Of a DNA stretch of 64,000 nt, positions 1 to 10,146 are shown in pieces. The stretch lies in contig VGDP01000013.1 of the NCBI GenBank assembly GCA_016869675.1, forward strand, positions 1,558-65,557, given 5' to 3'. Both the position numbers and the translations under genes were made by a program. The DNA comes from Alphaproteobacteria bacterium. GTDB taxonomy: Bacteria; Pseudomonadota; Alphaproteobacteria; SP197. The notes below the pieces were generated by a model, which saw only the letters and a program-made list of their open reading frames with translations, was not told where the DNA came from and made no database searches. Positions within the stretch are counted from its first letter, which is position 1; each line of letters begins with the position of its first letter.

Positions 1-2
1 AT

Positions 3-338
3 ACCTGGGCGTACGAACCATCCGACATGATCGTCGCCATCGAGCAGGTGGACCCAACGCACATCACCTTCCAACTGCGTGCTGGGCTGCCCTGGACGAA
101 CGGCTTCGGCGAGGTCTCCGCGGAAGATGTGAAGTACTCGTTTGAAAGGATCGCCGATCCAGCGAACGGGTCCTGTTACGCCGGCGATTGGATCAGCCTC
201 GACCATGTCGAGGTGCGGGATGCGCTAAGCGGCATGATCGTCCTTAAGAATCCAGATACCGCCTTGTGGACCACGGTCTTGACCTGGGGCTCCGGCAACT
301 GGCGCTCGGACCTGGACCGTAGCGCAAGGCGCTTCTAA
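3..338 (+). pseudogene. ABC transporter substrate-binding protein (peptide/nickel family 5), 5'-partial and truncated
   Basis: Frame is open from position 3. IEQVDPTHITFQLR..WTNGFGEVSAEDVKYSFERIADP is the family-5 SBP N-terminal signature, but the ORF stops after about 110 aa (normally about 500). Confidence 0.75.
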
Positions 339-347
339 CCTGGGCGC

Positions 348-1184
348 ATGACGCTGCACACCCGCCCGCTGTCGCCCGCGCTCGGCGTCGAGGTCGAAGG
401 GCTGGACATCGCCGTCCCCATCGGCGCGGACACGGCCGAGGTGCTGCGCGACCTGCTGCGGCGCCACCACCTGCTGTTGCTGCGCGGCCCGGTCGTGGAC
501 GAGGCGACCCAGGTGCGCTTCGCCCGTGTGTTCGGCCCGATCTCCCATCGCGGTGCCTGGATGAAGACGCGCGACGCGGCGCTGGTGTCGAACACGGCGC
601 CCGACGGCGTGCTCGGCCAAGGCGAGATGCTGTTCCACGCCGACCACACGTTCTTCCGCCGGCCCCTGAAGGCGCTGGCACTGCACGCGCTCGAGGTGCC
701 GCGCACCGGCGGCGACACGCTGTTCGCCAACTGCATCCTGGCGTATCGCAACCTGCCGGACGCGCTCAAGGCGCGGCTCGCGGGCCGCATTTCGGTCCAG
801 CTCTTCGAGTACGGCGGCGAGTACAACACCCGCGTGCCGCTGGCACGGGCCTCGGCGGCCGCCCTGCGCGCGGCGCACCCGCTGGTGCTGCCCGACCCCG
901 ACAGCGGCGCGCCGATCCTGTTCGCCCACCCGCTGACCACGGCGGCGATTTCCGGCCTCGAGGACGACGAAACCCAGGCCCTGCTGGACGAGCTGGCGCC
1001 CACCATCGCCGACCCGGCCATCGGCTACCGCCATGTCTGGCGCGTCGGCGACCTGGTGGTTTGGAACAACCTGACGCTGCAGCACGCGCGCACGGCCTTC
1101 GAACGGACCGAACGCCGCACGCTGCGCCGCACGCCGATCGCGGTCTCGGACGCCGAGGCCTACGACGAGACCGCCGCCGCCTGA
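348..1184 (+). CDS. TauD/TfdA family Fe(II)/2-oxoglutarate dioxygenase
   Basis: PLSPALGVEV start, HxD (FHADHT), GGDTLF, HVWRVGDLVVWNN..HAR. Confidence 0.9.
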   Translation: MTLHTRPLSPALGVEVEGLDIAVPIGADTAEVLRDLLRRHHLLLLRGPVVDEATQVRFARVFGPISHRGAWMKTRDAALVSNTAPDGVLGQGEMLFHADHTFFRRPLKALALHALEVPRTGGDTLFANCILAYRNLPDALKARLAGRISVQLFEYGGEYNTRVPLARASAAALRAAHPLVLPDPDSGAPILFAHPLTTAAISGLEDDETQALLDELAPTIADPAIGYRHVWRVGDLVVWNNLTLQHARTAFERTERRTLRRTPIAVSDAEAYDETAAA

Positions 1185-1201
1185 TCCGAGGGACCCGCGC
1201 C

Positions 1202-2050
1202 ATGAGCCCCGCCGCATCGCCGACCGAGACCCGCATCGCCTGGCCGAACGGCGCCCGTTGCGCCGTGATGCTGAGCTTCGATTTCGACGCCGAGACCCTG
1301 TGGATCGGGCGCGACCCGGCGAACCTGAAGCGGCCCGGCACCCTGTCCCAGGGCACCTACGGCGCCCGCGTCGGCGTGCCCAAGATCCTAGAACTCCTGG
1401 CGGACCAGGGCCTGCCGGCGACCTTCTTCGTGCCCGGTTGGACCGCCGAGACGCACACCGCCCGGGTGGAAGCGATCGTGCGCGCGGGCCACGAGGTCGG
1501 CCACCACGGCTACCTGCACAAGTGGCCCGACCCGGACCGCCCGGCCGAGGAGATCGAGGAGATCGAGAAGGGCCTGGAGGCACTGCGCCGCACCGTCGGC
1601 GTCAAGCCGACCGGCTACCGCTCGCCGGCGGGCGAGACCAGCGAAAACCTGTTCCGCCTGCTCGTCGAGCGCGGCTTCGTCTACGACTCGTCCCTGATGG
1701 CGGACATCAACCCCTACCGCATCCCGGCCGGCGACGGCCGCACGCTGATCGAGCTGCCCTGGCACTGGAGCCTGGACGACGCGCCCTACTTCCTGTTCTC
1801 GATCAAGACGCCCCGGCCGATCTTCACCAACGACCACGTGTTCCAGGTGTGGACCGAGGAGTTCCGCGAGATCTATCGCTGGGGCGGCCTGTTCGACCTG
1901 GTCATGCACCCGCAGGTCACGGGTCGGCCGTCGCGCGTGGCACTGCTGCGCCGCATGATCGGGTTCATCCGTTCGTTCCCCGACGTCTGGTTCGGCACCG
2001 GCAGCCAGGTCGCGTCGGCCTGGGCCGCGCAGGCCGGCCCGGGCGTCTGA
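1202..2050 (+). CDS. Polysaccharide deacetylase family (PuuE/PgdA-like) hydrolase
   Basis: WPNGARCAVMLSFDFDAE, ATFFVPG, HEVGHHGYLH, GYRSP, MHPQVTGRPSR. ATG at 1202. Confidence 0.9.
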   Translation: MSPAASPTETRIAWPNGARCAVMLSFDFDAETLWIGRDPANLKRPGTLSQGTYGARVGVPKILELLADQGLPATFFVPGWTAETHTARVEAIVRAGHEVGHHGYLHKWPDPDRPAEEIEEIEKGLEALRRTVGVKPTGYRSPAGETSENLFRLLVERGFVYDSSLMADINPYRIPAGDGRTLIELPWHWSLDDAPYFLFSIKTPRPIFTNDHVFQVWTEEFREIYRWGGLFDLVMHPQVTGRPSRVALLRRMIGFIRSFPDVWFGTGSQVASAWAAQAGPGV

Positions 2051-2056
2051 GCCGCC

Positions 2057-2797
2057 ATGGCGGGTCGGTTTGACGGCAAGGCTGCGATCGTCACCGGCGC
2101 GGCCTCGGGCATCGGCCGGGCGACGGCGCTGCGTCTCGCGGCTGAAGGCGCCCGCGTGCTCGGCGTCGACGTCAACGACATTGGGCTCGACGGCTTCACC
2201 GGCCTGGTGTGCGACGTGGCGGCCGACGACGGCCCCCGGCGCATCGTGGCGCGCTGCCTCGAGGCGTTCGGCCGGCTCGACATCCTGGTCAACAACGCGG
2301 GCATCGGCGGCGCGCGTTCAGCGCTCGAGACCACCGACGAGGCGTGGGACCGCTTTCTCGACGTCGACCTGCGCAGCGTCTTCCGCCTGTCGCGCGAGGC
2401 GCTGCCGCGCCTGACCGCGCCGGGCGGGCGGATCGTCAACATCTCGTCGGTGTTCGGGTTGGTCGGCTTCCCGGGAAGCTGCGCCTACGGCGTGGCCAAG
2501 GCCGGGGTGGCGCAGCTCACGCGGCAGCTGGCGGCGGACTATGCGCCGCGCGGCATCCTGGTCAACGCCATCGCGCCCGGCATCATCGAAACGCCGCTGA
2601 CCGCCAAGCGCATCGCCGAGGACCACTGGTACAACACGGTCATGATCGAGGCGACGCCGACGCCCTACAACGGCAAGCCCGAGGACATCGCCGGGGTCGT
2701 CGCCTTCCTGTGCTCAGACGACGCGCGCTTCATCGCCGGCGAGACGATCACCGTGGACGGCGGCTGGCTCGCCGCCCGCTATCTGCCGAAGCCATGA
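2057..2797 (+). CDS. SDR family NAD(P)-dependent oxidoreductase
   Basis: TGAASGIG, NNAG, YGVAK. Confidence 0.92.
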   Translation: MAGRFDGKAAIVTGAASGIGRATALRLAAEGARVLGVDVNDIGLDGFTGLVCDVAADDGPRRIVARCLEAFGRLDILVNNAGIGGARSALETTDEAWDRFLDVDLRSVFRLSREALPRLTAPGGRIVNISSVFGLVGFPGSCAYGVAKAGVAQLTRQLAADYAPRGILVNAIAPGIIETPLTAKRIAEDHWYNTVMIEATPTPYNGKPEDIAGVVAFLCSDDARFIAGETITVDGGWLAARYLPKP

Positions 2798-3927
2798 GCG
2801 GCAACGCGCCCGCCTTCGACGCCGACGAGATCCTCGAAGGCATCAAGACCTGGGTCCTGGTCGAGAGCCCGACCAGCGAGCCCGCGCGCGTCAACCGCAT
2901 GATGGACCTGGCGGCCGAGGCGATGGCGCGGCTCGGCGCCACGATCAATCGCGAGAGTGCCGGCGAGGGCTACGGCGACCTGCTGATCGCGCGCGTGCCC
3001 GGGCGCACGGAAGGGCCGGGCATCCTGGTGCTGGGCCACCTCGATACCGTGCACCTTGTCGGCACACTGGATCGAGACCTGCCCTGGCGGCGCGACGGCG
3101 ACAAGGTCTATGGCCCCGGCATCTACGACATGAAGGGCGGCATGTACGCCGCGGTCTACGCGCTGCGCCAATTGCTGCGCGCGGGAACAACGCCGCGCCT
3201 GCCCGTCACGGTCATGTTCGTGCCCAACGAGGAGGTCGGCAGCCCGACCACGCGGGCGCGCATAGAGGACGAGGCGCGCCGGCACCGCTACGTCCTGGTG
3301 CCCGAGCCCGCCAAGCAGGGCCGGCTGGTGACCGGGCGCTTCGCCTTCGCGCGGTTCCGCCTGCACGCGCGCGGCCGTCCGGCGCACGCGGGCGCCACGC
3401 TCGCACGCGGCCGCAGCGCCATCCGCGAGATGGTCCAGCAGGTGCTGCGCATCGAGGCCATGTCGAACCCGGAAACCGGGGTCACGCTGAGCGTCGGCAT
3501 CATCCAGGGCGGCACCTTCGTCAACGTGGTGCCCATCGAGTGCCGCGCCGAGGTGCTGGCGGTGATGCCCAGCCGCGCGGCGTTCGAGGAGACGTGCGTG
3601 CGCATGCTGGCGCTCGAGCCGATCAGCCCCGACGTGGCGTTCACGGTGGAACAAGGCCCCGTCCGCCCGCTGTTCGAGCCGAACGACGGCGTGCTCGCGC
3701 TCTACGACCGCGCGGAGGCAATCGCCAAGGACATCGGGTTCGTGCCCGGCCACGGCAGCTTCGGCGGCGGCAGCGACGGCAATTTCACCGGTGCGCTCGG
3801 CATACCGACCCTCGACGGCCTGGGTCTGTGCGGCGACGGCGCCCACACCCACGACGAGCACGTGCTCTACTCGTCTCTGGTGCCGCGTGCGCGCCTGCTG
3901 GCCGGGCTGTTCGAGGCGCTGGACTAG
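2794..3927 (+). CDS. M20 family metallopeptidase (glutamate carboxypeptidase-like)
   Basis: GHLDTV, GPGIYDMKGG, NEEVGS, GGGSDGN, GAHT. ATGA overlap with the SDR stop. Confidence 0.9.
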   Translation: MSGNAPAFDADEILEGIKTWVLVESPTSEPARVNRMMDLAAEAMARLGATINRESAGEGYGDLLIARVPGRTEGPGILVLGHLDTVHLVGTLDRDLPWRRDGDKVYGPGIYDMKGGMYAAVYALRQLLRAGTTPRLPVTVMFVPNEEVGSPTTRARIEDEARRHRYVLVPEPAKQGRLVTGRFAFARFRLHARGRPAHAGATLARGRSAIREMVQQVLRIEAMSNPETGVTLSVGIIQGGTFVNVVPIECRAEVLAVMPSRAAFEETCVRMLALEPISPDVAFTVEQGPVRPLFEPNDGVLALYDRAEAIAKDIGFVPGHGSFGGGSDGNFTGALGIPTLDGLGLCGDGAHTHDEHVLYSSLVPRARLLAGLFEALD

Positions 3928-5015
3928 GATCCCAGCGCCGCGATGAGGCGCGCGACGTCGGCGGCGCGTTCCATGTGCGGCATGTGGCCGGCGTCGAGCC
4001 GATGGACGGCGACCGCGGCCGGCAGGCCCTCGGCGTGGGCGACCGGGATCACGCGGTCGGCCAGGCCCCAGATCACCTGGGCCGGAATGCGCAGGCCGGC
4101 GAGCCGGCCGCGCAGATCGTCGGCCTGGCGCCCGGCCGGAAAACACGCGGCCGCGATGGCCCGCAGCGCGGCCTGCGCGCCGTCGATGCGCTTGGCCTTG
4201 AGCACGTCCTCGGCCATCGGACGCGTCACCAGCGCCGGGTCGGCGAACAGCGCGCCCAGCGCCGCCGCCATCTCCTTGCGCCGCTCCGCCGCCAGAAACG
4301 CCTCGATGTAGGCACCGTTGATCGCGGGCCCCAGGCTGGCGCTGGCGATCAGGGTCAGCGCGCTGGCACGCCCGGCCGCCACGAGGCAGACCGCGCCGCC
4401 GAGCGAATGACCGACCAGATGGGCGCGCTCGACGCCCAGCGCATCGAGCGTCGCCTCGAGCACACGGGCGAGGGCCGCCACGCCGGCCCCGCCAACGTCC
4501 ATGGTCGAACCGCCATGGCCCGGCAGGTCGAGCGCCACGACCCGACGTGTTGTCGCCAGGGCGGGCTGGACGAACAACCAGCCGTTCAGATCGCCACCGA
4601 AGCCGTGCACCAGAACGACCGTCTCCTCGCCCGCGCCGGTCTCCTGCACGCGGATCGCCCGGCCGTCCGCCACGACGGTGCGGGTGCGCGGCCCGCCCTC
4701 GCCTTCGCCATCGTCGGGCGCGACGACGAACCCGGCGACGAACGCGTCGATCTCGGCGTCGGGCACGTCGGGCGCCGCCACGACACCGAGCAGGCCGCCG
4801 ACCGGCAGGGTGTCGCCCACCTGGCCGACGATGCGGCGCAGCGTGCCGTCGACCTTGGCCTCAATGGCGTTGGCGATCTTGGTCGATTCGACGTCCAGCA
4901 CGTCCTGGCCGGCCGCCACCGACTGGCCTTCGGCGACGTGCCAGCCGGTGACCGTGCCGGCGTCCATCGCCATGCCCCACTTGGGCACGGTGATGGCGTG
5001 GATGCGTTCGCTCAT
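3924..5015 (-). CDS. acoC: Acetoin dehydrogenase E2 (lipoyl domain plus alpha/beta hydrolase)
   Basis: PKWG..DVESTKI lipoyl domain, HGFGGDLN, GHSLGG, GHMPHME. Downstream of acoAB. Confidence 0.88.
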   Translation of the reverse strand: MSERIHAITVPKWGMAMDAGTVTGWHVAEGQSVAAGQDVLDVESTKIANAIEAKVDGTLRRIVGQVGDTLPVGGLLGVVAAPDVPDAEIDAFVAGFVVAPDDGEGEGGPRTRTVVADGRAIRVQETGAGEETVVLVHGFGGDLNGWLFVQPALATTRRVVALDLPGHGGSTMDVGGAGVAALARVLEATLDALGVERAHLVGHSLGGAVCLVAAGRASALTLIASASLGPAINGAYIEAFLAAERRKEMAAALGALFADPALVTRPMAEDVLKAKRIDGAQAALRAIAAACFPAGRQADDLRGRLAGLRIPAQVIWGLADRVIPVAHAEGLPAAVAVHRLDAGHMPHMERAADVARLIAALGS

Positions 5016-6025
5016 GCGCGCATCACGGACCGCACGGCGTCCGCGATCCGCGCCCGGCTCGGGATGAACGCGTCCTCTAGCTCGGGTGCGAAGGGCACAG
5101 GCGTGTGCGGCGGCGTCACCTTGCGGATCGGCGCCTTGAGATCGTCGAACGCGTGCTCGGCCACCAGGCTGGCGATGTCCGCCGCCATGCCGCAGCGCGG
5201 GTACGCCTCGTCGACCACCACCAGGCGCCCCGTCTTGGCCACGCTGTCGAGGATGGTCTCCTCGTCGAGCGGCGAGATGGTGCGCGGGTCGACGATCTCC
5301 ACGTCGATCCCTTCCTTGGCGAGGTCGGTCGCGACGTCCTGGGCGAAGTGCACCATGCGGGCGAGCGCGACGATGGTCACGTCCTTGCCGTCGCGCACGA
5401 TGGCGGCCTCGCCGAACGGGATCGTGTAGGGCGCCTCGGGCACGTCACCCTTGGCCTTGTCGTACAGCAGCTTGTGCTCGAAGAAGACGACGGGGTCATC
5501 GTCGCGCACGGCGGTCATGAACAGGCCCTTGGCGTCGTAGGGCGTGGACGGCACCACGCACTTGAGCCCGGGGATGTGGGTGAACAACGGGTAGAGGCAC
5601 TGCGAATGCTGCGCCGCTGCGCGGTAGCCCGCACCGATCTGGGTGCGGATGACCACCGGCGTCCGGGCCTTGCCGCCGAACATGTAGCGGAACTTGGCGG
5701 CCTGGTTGAAGATCTGGTCGAAGCACACACCCATGAAATCGACGAACATCAGCTCGACGACCGGGCGCAAGCCACAGGTGGCGGCGCCCACGGCCGCGCC
5801 GATGAACGCGGATTCGCTGATCGGCGTGTCGATCACGCGGGCCTCGCCGAAGCGGCCGATCAGGCCCTTGGTGATGCCCATGTCACCGCCCCAGGCGTCC
5901 TGGTCGCCGGGCGCGCCCTTGCCGCCGGCGATGTCCTCGCCCAGCATGATGATGGTCGGGTCGCGTTCCATCTCCTGGCGGAACGCCTCGGACAGCGCCT
6001 GCCGGTAGCTCAGGATCCGTGCCAT
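5012..6025 (-). CDS. acoB: Acetoin/2-oxoacid dehydrogenase E1 beta subunit
   Basis: DTPISESAFIG, NQAAKFRYMFGGKA, AAQHSQ. Confidence 0.92.
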   Translation of the reverse strand: MARILSYRQALSEAFRQEMERDPTIIMLGEDIAGGKGAPGDQDAWGGDMGITKGLIGRFGEARVIDTPISESAFIGAAVGAATCGLRPVVELMFVDFMGVCFDQIFNQAAKFRYMFGGKARTPVVIRTQIGAGYRAAAQHSQCLYPLFTHIPGLKCVVPSTPYDAKGLFMTAVRDDDPVVFFEHKLLYDKAKGDVPEAPYTIPFGEAAIVRDGKDVTIVALARMVHFAQDVATDLAKEGIDVEIVDPRTISPLDEETILDSVAKTGRLVVVDEAYPRCGMAADIASLVAEHAFDDLKAPIRKVTPPHTPVPFAPELEDAFIPSRARIADAVRSVMRA

Positions 6026-6034
6026 CGCGCCCTC

Positions 6035-7015
6035 CTAGTACGAGACGTAGACGTCGGTCAGGAGTTGGTCGGCGGCGGGGCGCGGCGCCGTCCGCGCCTC
6101 GGCCACGGCGCGCTCGACCAGCGCCTTGACCTCGGCGTCGACGGCGTCGAGTTCACCGCCACCCAGCAACTTGGCGTCGCCGACACGCTTGCGGAACCGA
6201 TGCAGGCAGTCATGGTCGCGGCGCAGCGCCTCGACCTCGCCCTTGCCCCGGTAGCTTTGATTGTCGCCTTCGTGGTGGCCGAAGAAGCGGCCGAGCTTGA
6301 CCTCGATCAAGGTCGGTCCGCCGCCCGTGCGGGCGCGCTGGACCGCTTCGGCCGCCGCGTCGTGCACGGCGAAGAAGTCGAAGCCGTCCACCTGCACGCC
6401 CGGCATGCCGAAGGCCGGTGCGCGCTTGACGATGTCGCCGCACGCCACCGACCAGGACGACGCAGTGGTCTCGGCGTAGCCGTTGTTCTCGAACACGAAC
6501 ACCACGGGCAGCTTGAAGATCGCCGCGAAGTTGAGGCTTTCGAACGTGGTGCCCTGGTTCGAGCCGCCGTCGCCCGTGAACGCCACGGCGACCTTGCCGG
6601 TTCCGAGCGTCTTGGCCGCCAGCGCCGCGCCGCACGCCAGCGGCGGACCGCCGCCGACGATGGCGTTGGCACCCATCATGCCCTTGCCCATGTCGGCGAT
6701 GTGCATCGAGCCGCCCTTGCCCCGGCACGTGCCTTCGCTCGAGCCGAACAGTTCCTTCATCATGCCGACCACCTCGCAGCCCTTGGCGATGCAGTGGCCG
6801 TGGCCGCGATGGGTCGAGATGATGCGGTCGTCGTCGTCGAGGTGGCTGCACACGCCGACGGCGCTCGCCTCCTCGCCGGCGTAGAGATGGACGAAACCGG
6901 GCAGCGCGCCGGATTCGAATAGGTCATGCACCGTCTCCTCGAAGACGCGGATGGTCGCCATCCGGCGGTAGGCCTCGAGGAGCTTGTCGCGGCTGAGCTG
7001 CAGTCCCGTCGTCAT
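6035..7015 (-). CDS. acoA: Acetoin dehydrogenase E1 alpha subunit (ThDP)
   Basis: PGFVHLYAGEEA, STHRGHGH, GKGGSMH, GDGGSNQG..ENN ThDP motif. Confidence 0.92.
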   Translation of the reverse strand: MTTGLQLSRDKLLEAYRRMATIRVFEETVHDLFESGALPGFVHLYAGEEASAVGVCSHLDDDDRIISTHRGHGHCIAKGCEVVGMMKELFGSSEGTCRGKGGSMHIADMGKGMMGANAIVGGGPPLACGAALAAKTLGTGKVAVAFTGDGGSNQGTTFESLNFAAIFKLPVVFVFENNGYAETTASSWSVACGDIVKRAPAFGMPGVQVDGFDFFAVHDAAAEAVQRARTGGGPTLIEVKLGRFFGHHEGDNQSYRGKGEVEALRRDHDCLHRFRKRVGDAKLLGGGELDAVDAEVKALVERAVAEARTAPRPAADQLLTDVYVSY

Positions 7016-7051
7016 GGTCGGTTCCTCCGTCGGGCGAACGGTATACCAGGG

Positions 7052-7963
7052 TCAGGGGCGATAGGGGTGGCGTTGAATCCAGTGCCGCGCGATGTCGATC
7101 CGGCGCGCGACCCACACGTCGGGGAAACCGCGCACATGGTCGAGGAAGCGAGCCAGCGCCATGGCGCGGCCCGGGTGGCCGACCAGGCGCATGTGCAACC
7201 CGACCGACATCAAGCGCGGAGTCGTCGCGCCTTCGGCGTATAGCATGTCGAAGGAATCCTTGAGGTAGCCGAACCACTGATCCGCGGTGCCGATGCTGCC
7301 GCGCGTGAACAGGCCGTCGTTGGTGGTCAGCGAATAGGGCACCACCAGGCGCGGCCGGCCGTCGACCAGGACCCAGAACGGCAGTTCGTCGGCGTAGGAA
7401 TCGCTGTCGTAGAGGAACCCGCCTTCCTCGGCGATCAGCCGGCGCGTGTTGGCGCTGGGACCGGTGCGGCAGTACCAGCCGAGCGGCCGCTGCCCCACCG
7501 TGCGGGTCAGCGAGTCGATGGCCCGGCGGATGTGCTCGCGCTCCTCCGCCTCGGTCAGCTTGTAGTGCTCGATCCAGCGCCAGCCGTGGCAGCAGACGTC
7601 GTAGCCGGCCTCGACCACGGCGCGCGCGATCGCCGGGTTGCGTTCCAGAGCCAGCGCGCAGGCGAACATGGTCGCCGTCATGCCCCGTTCCTGAACCAGG
7701 CGATGCAGGCGCCAGAACCCGACGCGGCCGCCGTACTCGAAGAGCGATTCGGCGGCGAAGTCGCGCGAGCCCAGCGGGTAGGTCGAGGCGCGGATCTCGG
7801 TCAGCCCGGTCTCGGAGAAGCCGTCGCCGTCGGGCACGGAATACTCCGAGCCCTCCTCCAGGTTGAACACGATGTTGAGCGCGAGCCGGACTCCGCCCGG
7901 CCAGTCGGCAAACGGCGGCGCGGCGCCGTAGCCCACCATGTCCCTGGGGTAATCCGTCGCCAC
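7052..7963 (-). CDS. puuE: Allantoinase PuuE-like polysaccharide deacetylase
   Basis: DYPRDMVGYG, EEGSE, FEYGGRVGFWR, HGWRW, DSYADELP, GLHMRLVGHPGR. Confidence 0.85.
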   Translation of the reverse strand: MATDYPRDMVGYGAAPPFADWPGGVRLALNIVFNLEEGSEYSVPDGDGFSETGLTEIRASTYPLGSRDFAAESLFEYGGRVGFWRLHRLVQERGMTATMFACALALERNPAIARAVVEAGYDVCCHGWRWIEHYKLTEAEEREHIRRAIDSLTRTVGQRPLGWYCRTGPSANTRRLIAEEGGFLYDSDSYADELPFWVLVDGRPRLVVPYSLTTNDGLFTRGSIGTADQWFGYLKDSFDMLYAEGATTPRLMSVGLHMRLVGHPGRAMALARFLDHVRGFPDVWVARRIDIARHWIQRHPYRP

Positions 7964-8031
7964 CGCGGCCGCCTCCTGGCCATGCCCCCGCGCCGGGCGC
8001 TAACCTAGCAGAGCGACAGGAGAAAGCGACG

Positions 8032-8811
8032 ATGGATCTGGGCATCAAGGGACGCAGCGCCATCGTGTGCGCGGCGAGCAAGGGATTGGGTCGCGGCTCC
8101 GCCCTGGCGTTGGCCCGCGAGGGCGTGGCCGTCACCATCAATGCCCGCCGCGCCGACGCGCTGGAGGCTACGGCCGCCGCGATCCGCAAGGAAACCGGCG
8201 TGAAGGTCACGGCCGTGGCCGGCGACATCACCACCGAGGCCGGCCGGGCCGCCGTGCTGGCCGCGTGCCCCGTGCCCGACATCCTGGTGACCAACGCGGG
8301 CGGGCCACCCTCGGGCGATTTCCGCGCCTGGTCGCGCGAGGATTGGCTGAAGGCGCTGGACGCCAGCATGCTGGCGCCGATCGCCCTGATGAAGGCGACG
8401 ATCGACGGCATGATTGATCGCCGCTGGGGCCGCGTCGTCAACATAACCTCGGGCTCGGTCAAGAACCCCTACCCCACCCTTGGCCTGTCCAACGGCGCGC
8501 GCGCCGGGTTGACCGGCTTCGTCGCGGGTCTGGCGCGCCAGGTGGTCAAGCATGGCGTGACGATCAACAACCTGCTGCCGGGCTCGCACGAGACCGACCG
8601 GCTGCATCAACTCGCCGAGGCGGAAGCCAAGGCCGCCGGCAAGACCGTCGAGGCCGTGCTCGAAGCCAACAAGGCCTACGAGACCGCCGGCCGCTACGGC
8701 ACCGCCGAGGAGTTCGGCGCCGCCTGCGCGTTCCTGTGCAGCGCGCACACCGGCTTCATCACCGGTCAGAACCTGCTGCTGGACGGTGGCGCCTACCCTG
8801 GGACGCTGTAA
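8032..8811 (+). CDS. SDR family oxidoreductase (3-oxoacyl-ACP reductase-like)
   Basis: MDLGIKG..CAASKGLG, NAGGPP, SNGARAG, ITGQNLLLDGG. Confidence 0.9.
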   Translation: MDLGIKGRSAIVCAASKGLGRGSALALAREGVAVTINARRADALEATAAAIRKETGVKVTAVAGDITTEAGRAAVLAACPVPDILVTNAGGPPSGDFRAWSREDWLKALDASMLAPIALMKATIDGMIDRRWGRVVNITSGSVKNPYPTLGLSNGARAGLTGFVAGLARQVVKHGVTINNLLPGSHETDRLHQLAEAEAKAAGKTVEAVLEANKAYETAGRYGTAEEFGAACAFLCSAHTGFITGQNLLLDGGAYPGTL

Positions 8812-8817
8812 CGCGCG

Positions 8818-10050
8818 TCAGCCCTGGGCGACACCCCAGATCTCGACCATGGTCGCCGGGTCGTGCATGTGCGGCTGGGGCACGACCGTGATCGGCGGCA
8901 GCGGCCCACCGATGGCGGCGGCGACGGTCGCCAGGAACGTCTCGGTCGCCTCGGGCGTGCCGTCGGACGTGAAGTAGGCGACGATCAGCTTGAGGTCGGC
9001 CGGCCGCCGCCCGAAGCCGCGTAGCAGGTCCTCGATCAGGCTCATGGTGAAGCGGGTCTGCGGCACGAGTTGGCTGGGCAGGATGCGCCGGCCGTTGTTC
9101 GCGTTCGGCTCGGACGGCACCTGGCCGCCCAGCCAGATGGTGTCGCGCAGGCGGATCGCCTGGCGGTAGGGCAGCGGGATCGGCCAGTCCCACACCCGGC
9201 GCGGCCAGTGGTCCTCGCGCGGGATGTACTTGTCGAAGCCGTTCCACAGCTCGCGCATGGCCATGACCTCGATCTTGGTCAAGGCCCCCGTGGGTCCCAG
9301 CCGATGGCACGGAACAACGGTCGCCACCGGGCCGGGCTCGCGGAAGTGGCTGGCGCGCGCCTTGGCCAACGGCGCCCAGTGTTCGCGCGTCGTGCCGAAG
9401 TAGTAGCCCTCCATCTTGATCGCGTCCTGGGTCGAGGCACCGAGACCGGCCAGCGTTGCCTCGTGCGTCGCCATGATCGCGTGGCTCTGGGCCACCGGGT
9501 CCTTGGCCTTGGCGATGCGGTCGTCGCCGTCGGCGGCGGTACGGTTGGCCACGGCGACGAACTCGCCGGCGCGCAGGCCCCCGGTGACGTCGCGCCCCTT
9601 GAATAGGCCGCGGTACTTGGCCGGCACAGGGCGCGTCACGACGCGCACGTCGTCGCCCTTGCGCCAACGGCGCTGGGCGATCGCCTGGACCTGGATGCGC
9701 TGGCCGGCAAAGGGCTGCATCGGCACCGGCACGGTGCTGACGGCGGGCATCGGGTTCTTGCGGATCGAACGGGCCAGGCCAGCGATGACCGGCCAGTCGG
9801 ACGCGCTGGGATCGGCCGTGTAGAAAGCCTTGAGCTTCACCACGTCGTCGAGCGAGCAGCCTTCGGGCGCCAGCGCCTCGGCGATGTTGGCCATGGTGCC
9901 GTCGATCTGCGCCTCGAGATCACCCGGGTGGCGGATGGCACCTTCGGAATCCAGATCTGCGCCGCCGCCGACGAAGGTCAGCACGCCGGCCGTCGCGCCG
10001 ACGTGATGGTTGATCTCGATGGGCATGCGCCAGATGTCACGCTGGGTCAC
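8818..10050 (-). CDS. Protein of three tandem Rid (YjgF/YER057c/UK114) domains
   Basis: GTG start with GGAGGA RBS, 410 aa. Three repeats of [G..F/WVGG]..Q..M....L...G....D..K...Y/F..P..T.V.....(I/V)E/Q..A. Confidence 0.8.
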   Translation of the reverse strand: MTQRDIWRMPIEINHHVGATAGVLTFVGGGADLDSEGAIRHPGDLEAQIDGTMANIAEALAPEGCSLDDVVKLKAFYTADPSASDWPVIAGLARSIRKNPMPAVSTVPVPMQPFAGQRIQVQAIAQRRWRKGDDVRVVTRPVPAKYRGLFKGRDVTGGLRAGEFVAVANRTAADGDDRIAKAKDPVAQSHAIMATHEATLAGLGASTQDAIKMEGYYFGTTREHWAPLAKARASHFREPGPVATVVPCHRLGPTGALTKIEVMAMRELWNGFDKYIPREDHWPRRVWDWPIPLPYRQAIRLRDTIWLGGQVPSEPNANNGRRILPSQLVPQTRFTMSLIEDLLRGFGRRPADLKLIVAYFTSDGTPEATETFLATVAAAIGGPLPPITVVPQPHMHDPATMVEIWGVAQG

Positions 10051-10146
10051 GTCGATCCTCCCTGATGCGCGCCGTCGCACGAGACGACACGGCTGTCCAG
10101 GCGGTATACACTGGAGCGATGCTTCGCGCACGCAACGGAGGCACCC

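Noticed and set aside
3924-5015. Lipoyl plus alpha/beta-hydrolase fusion as a novelty
   Set aside because: This is the known AcoC architecture of proteobacterial acetoin dehydrogenases.
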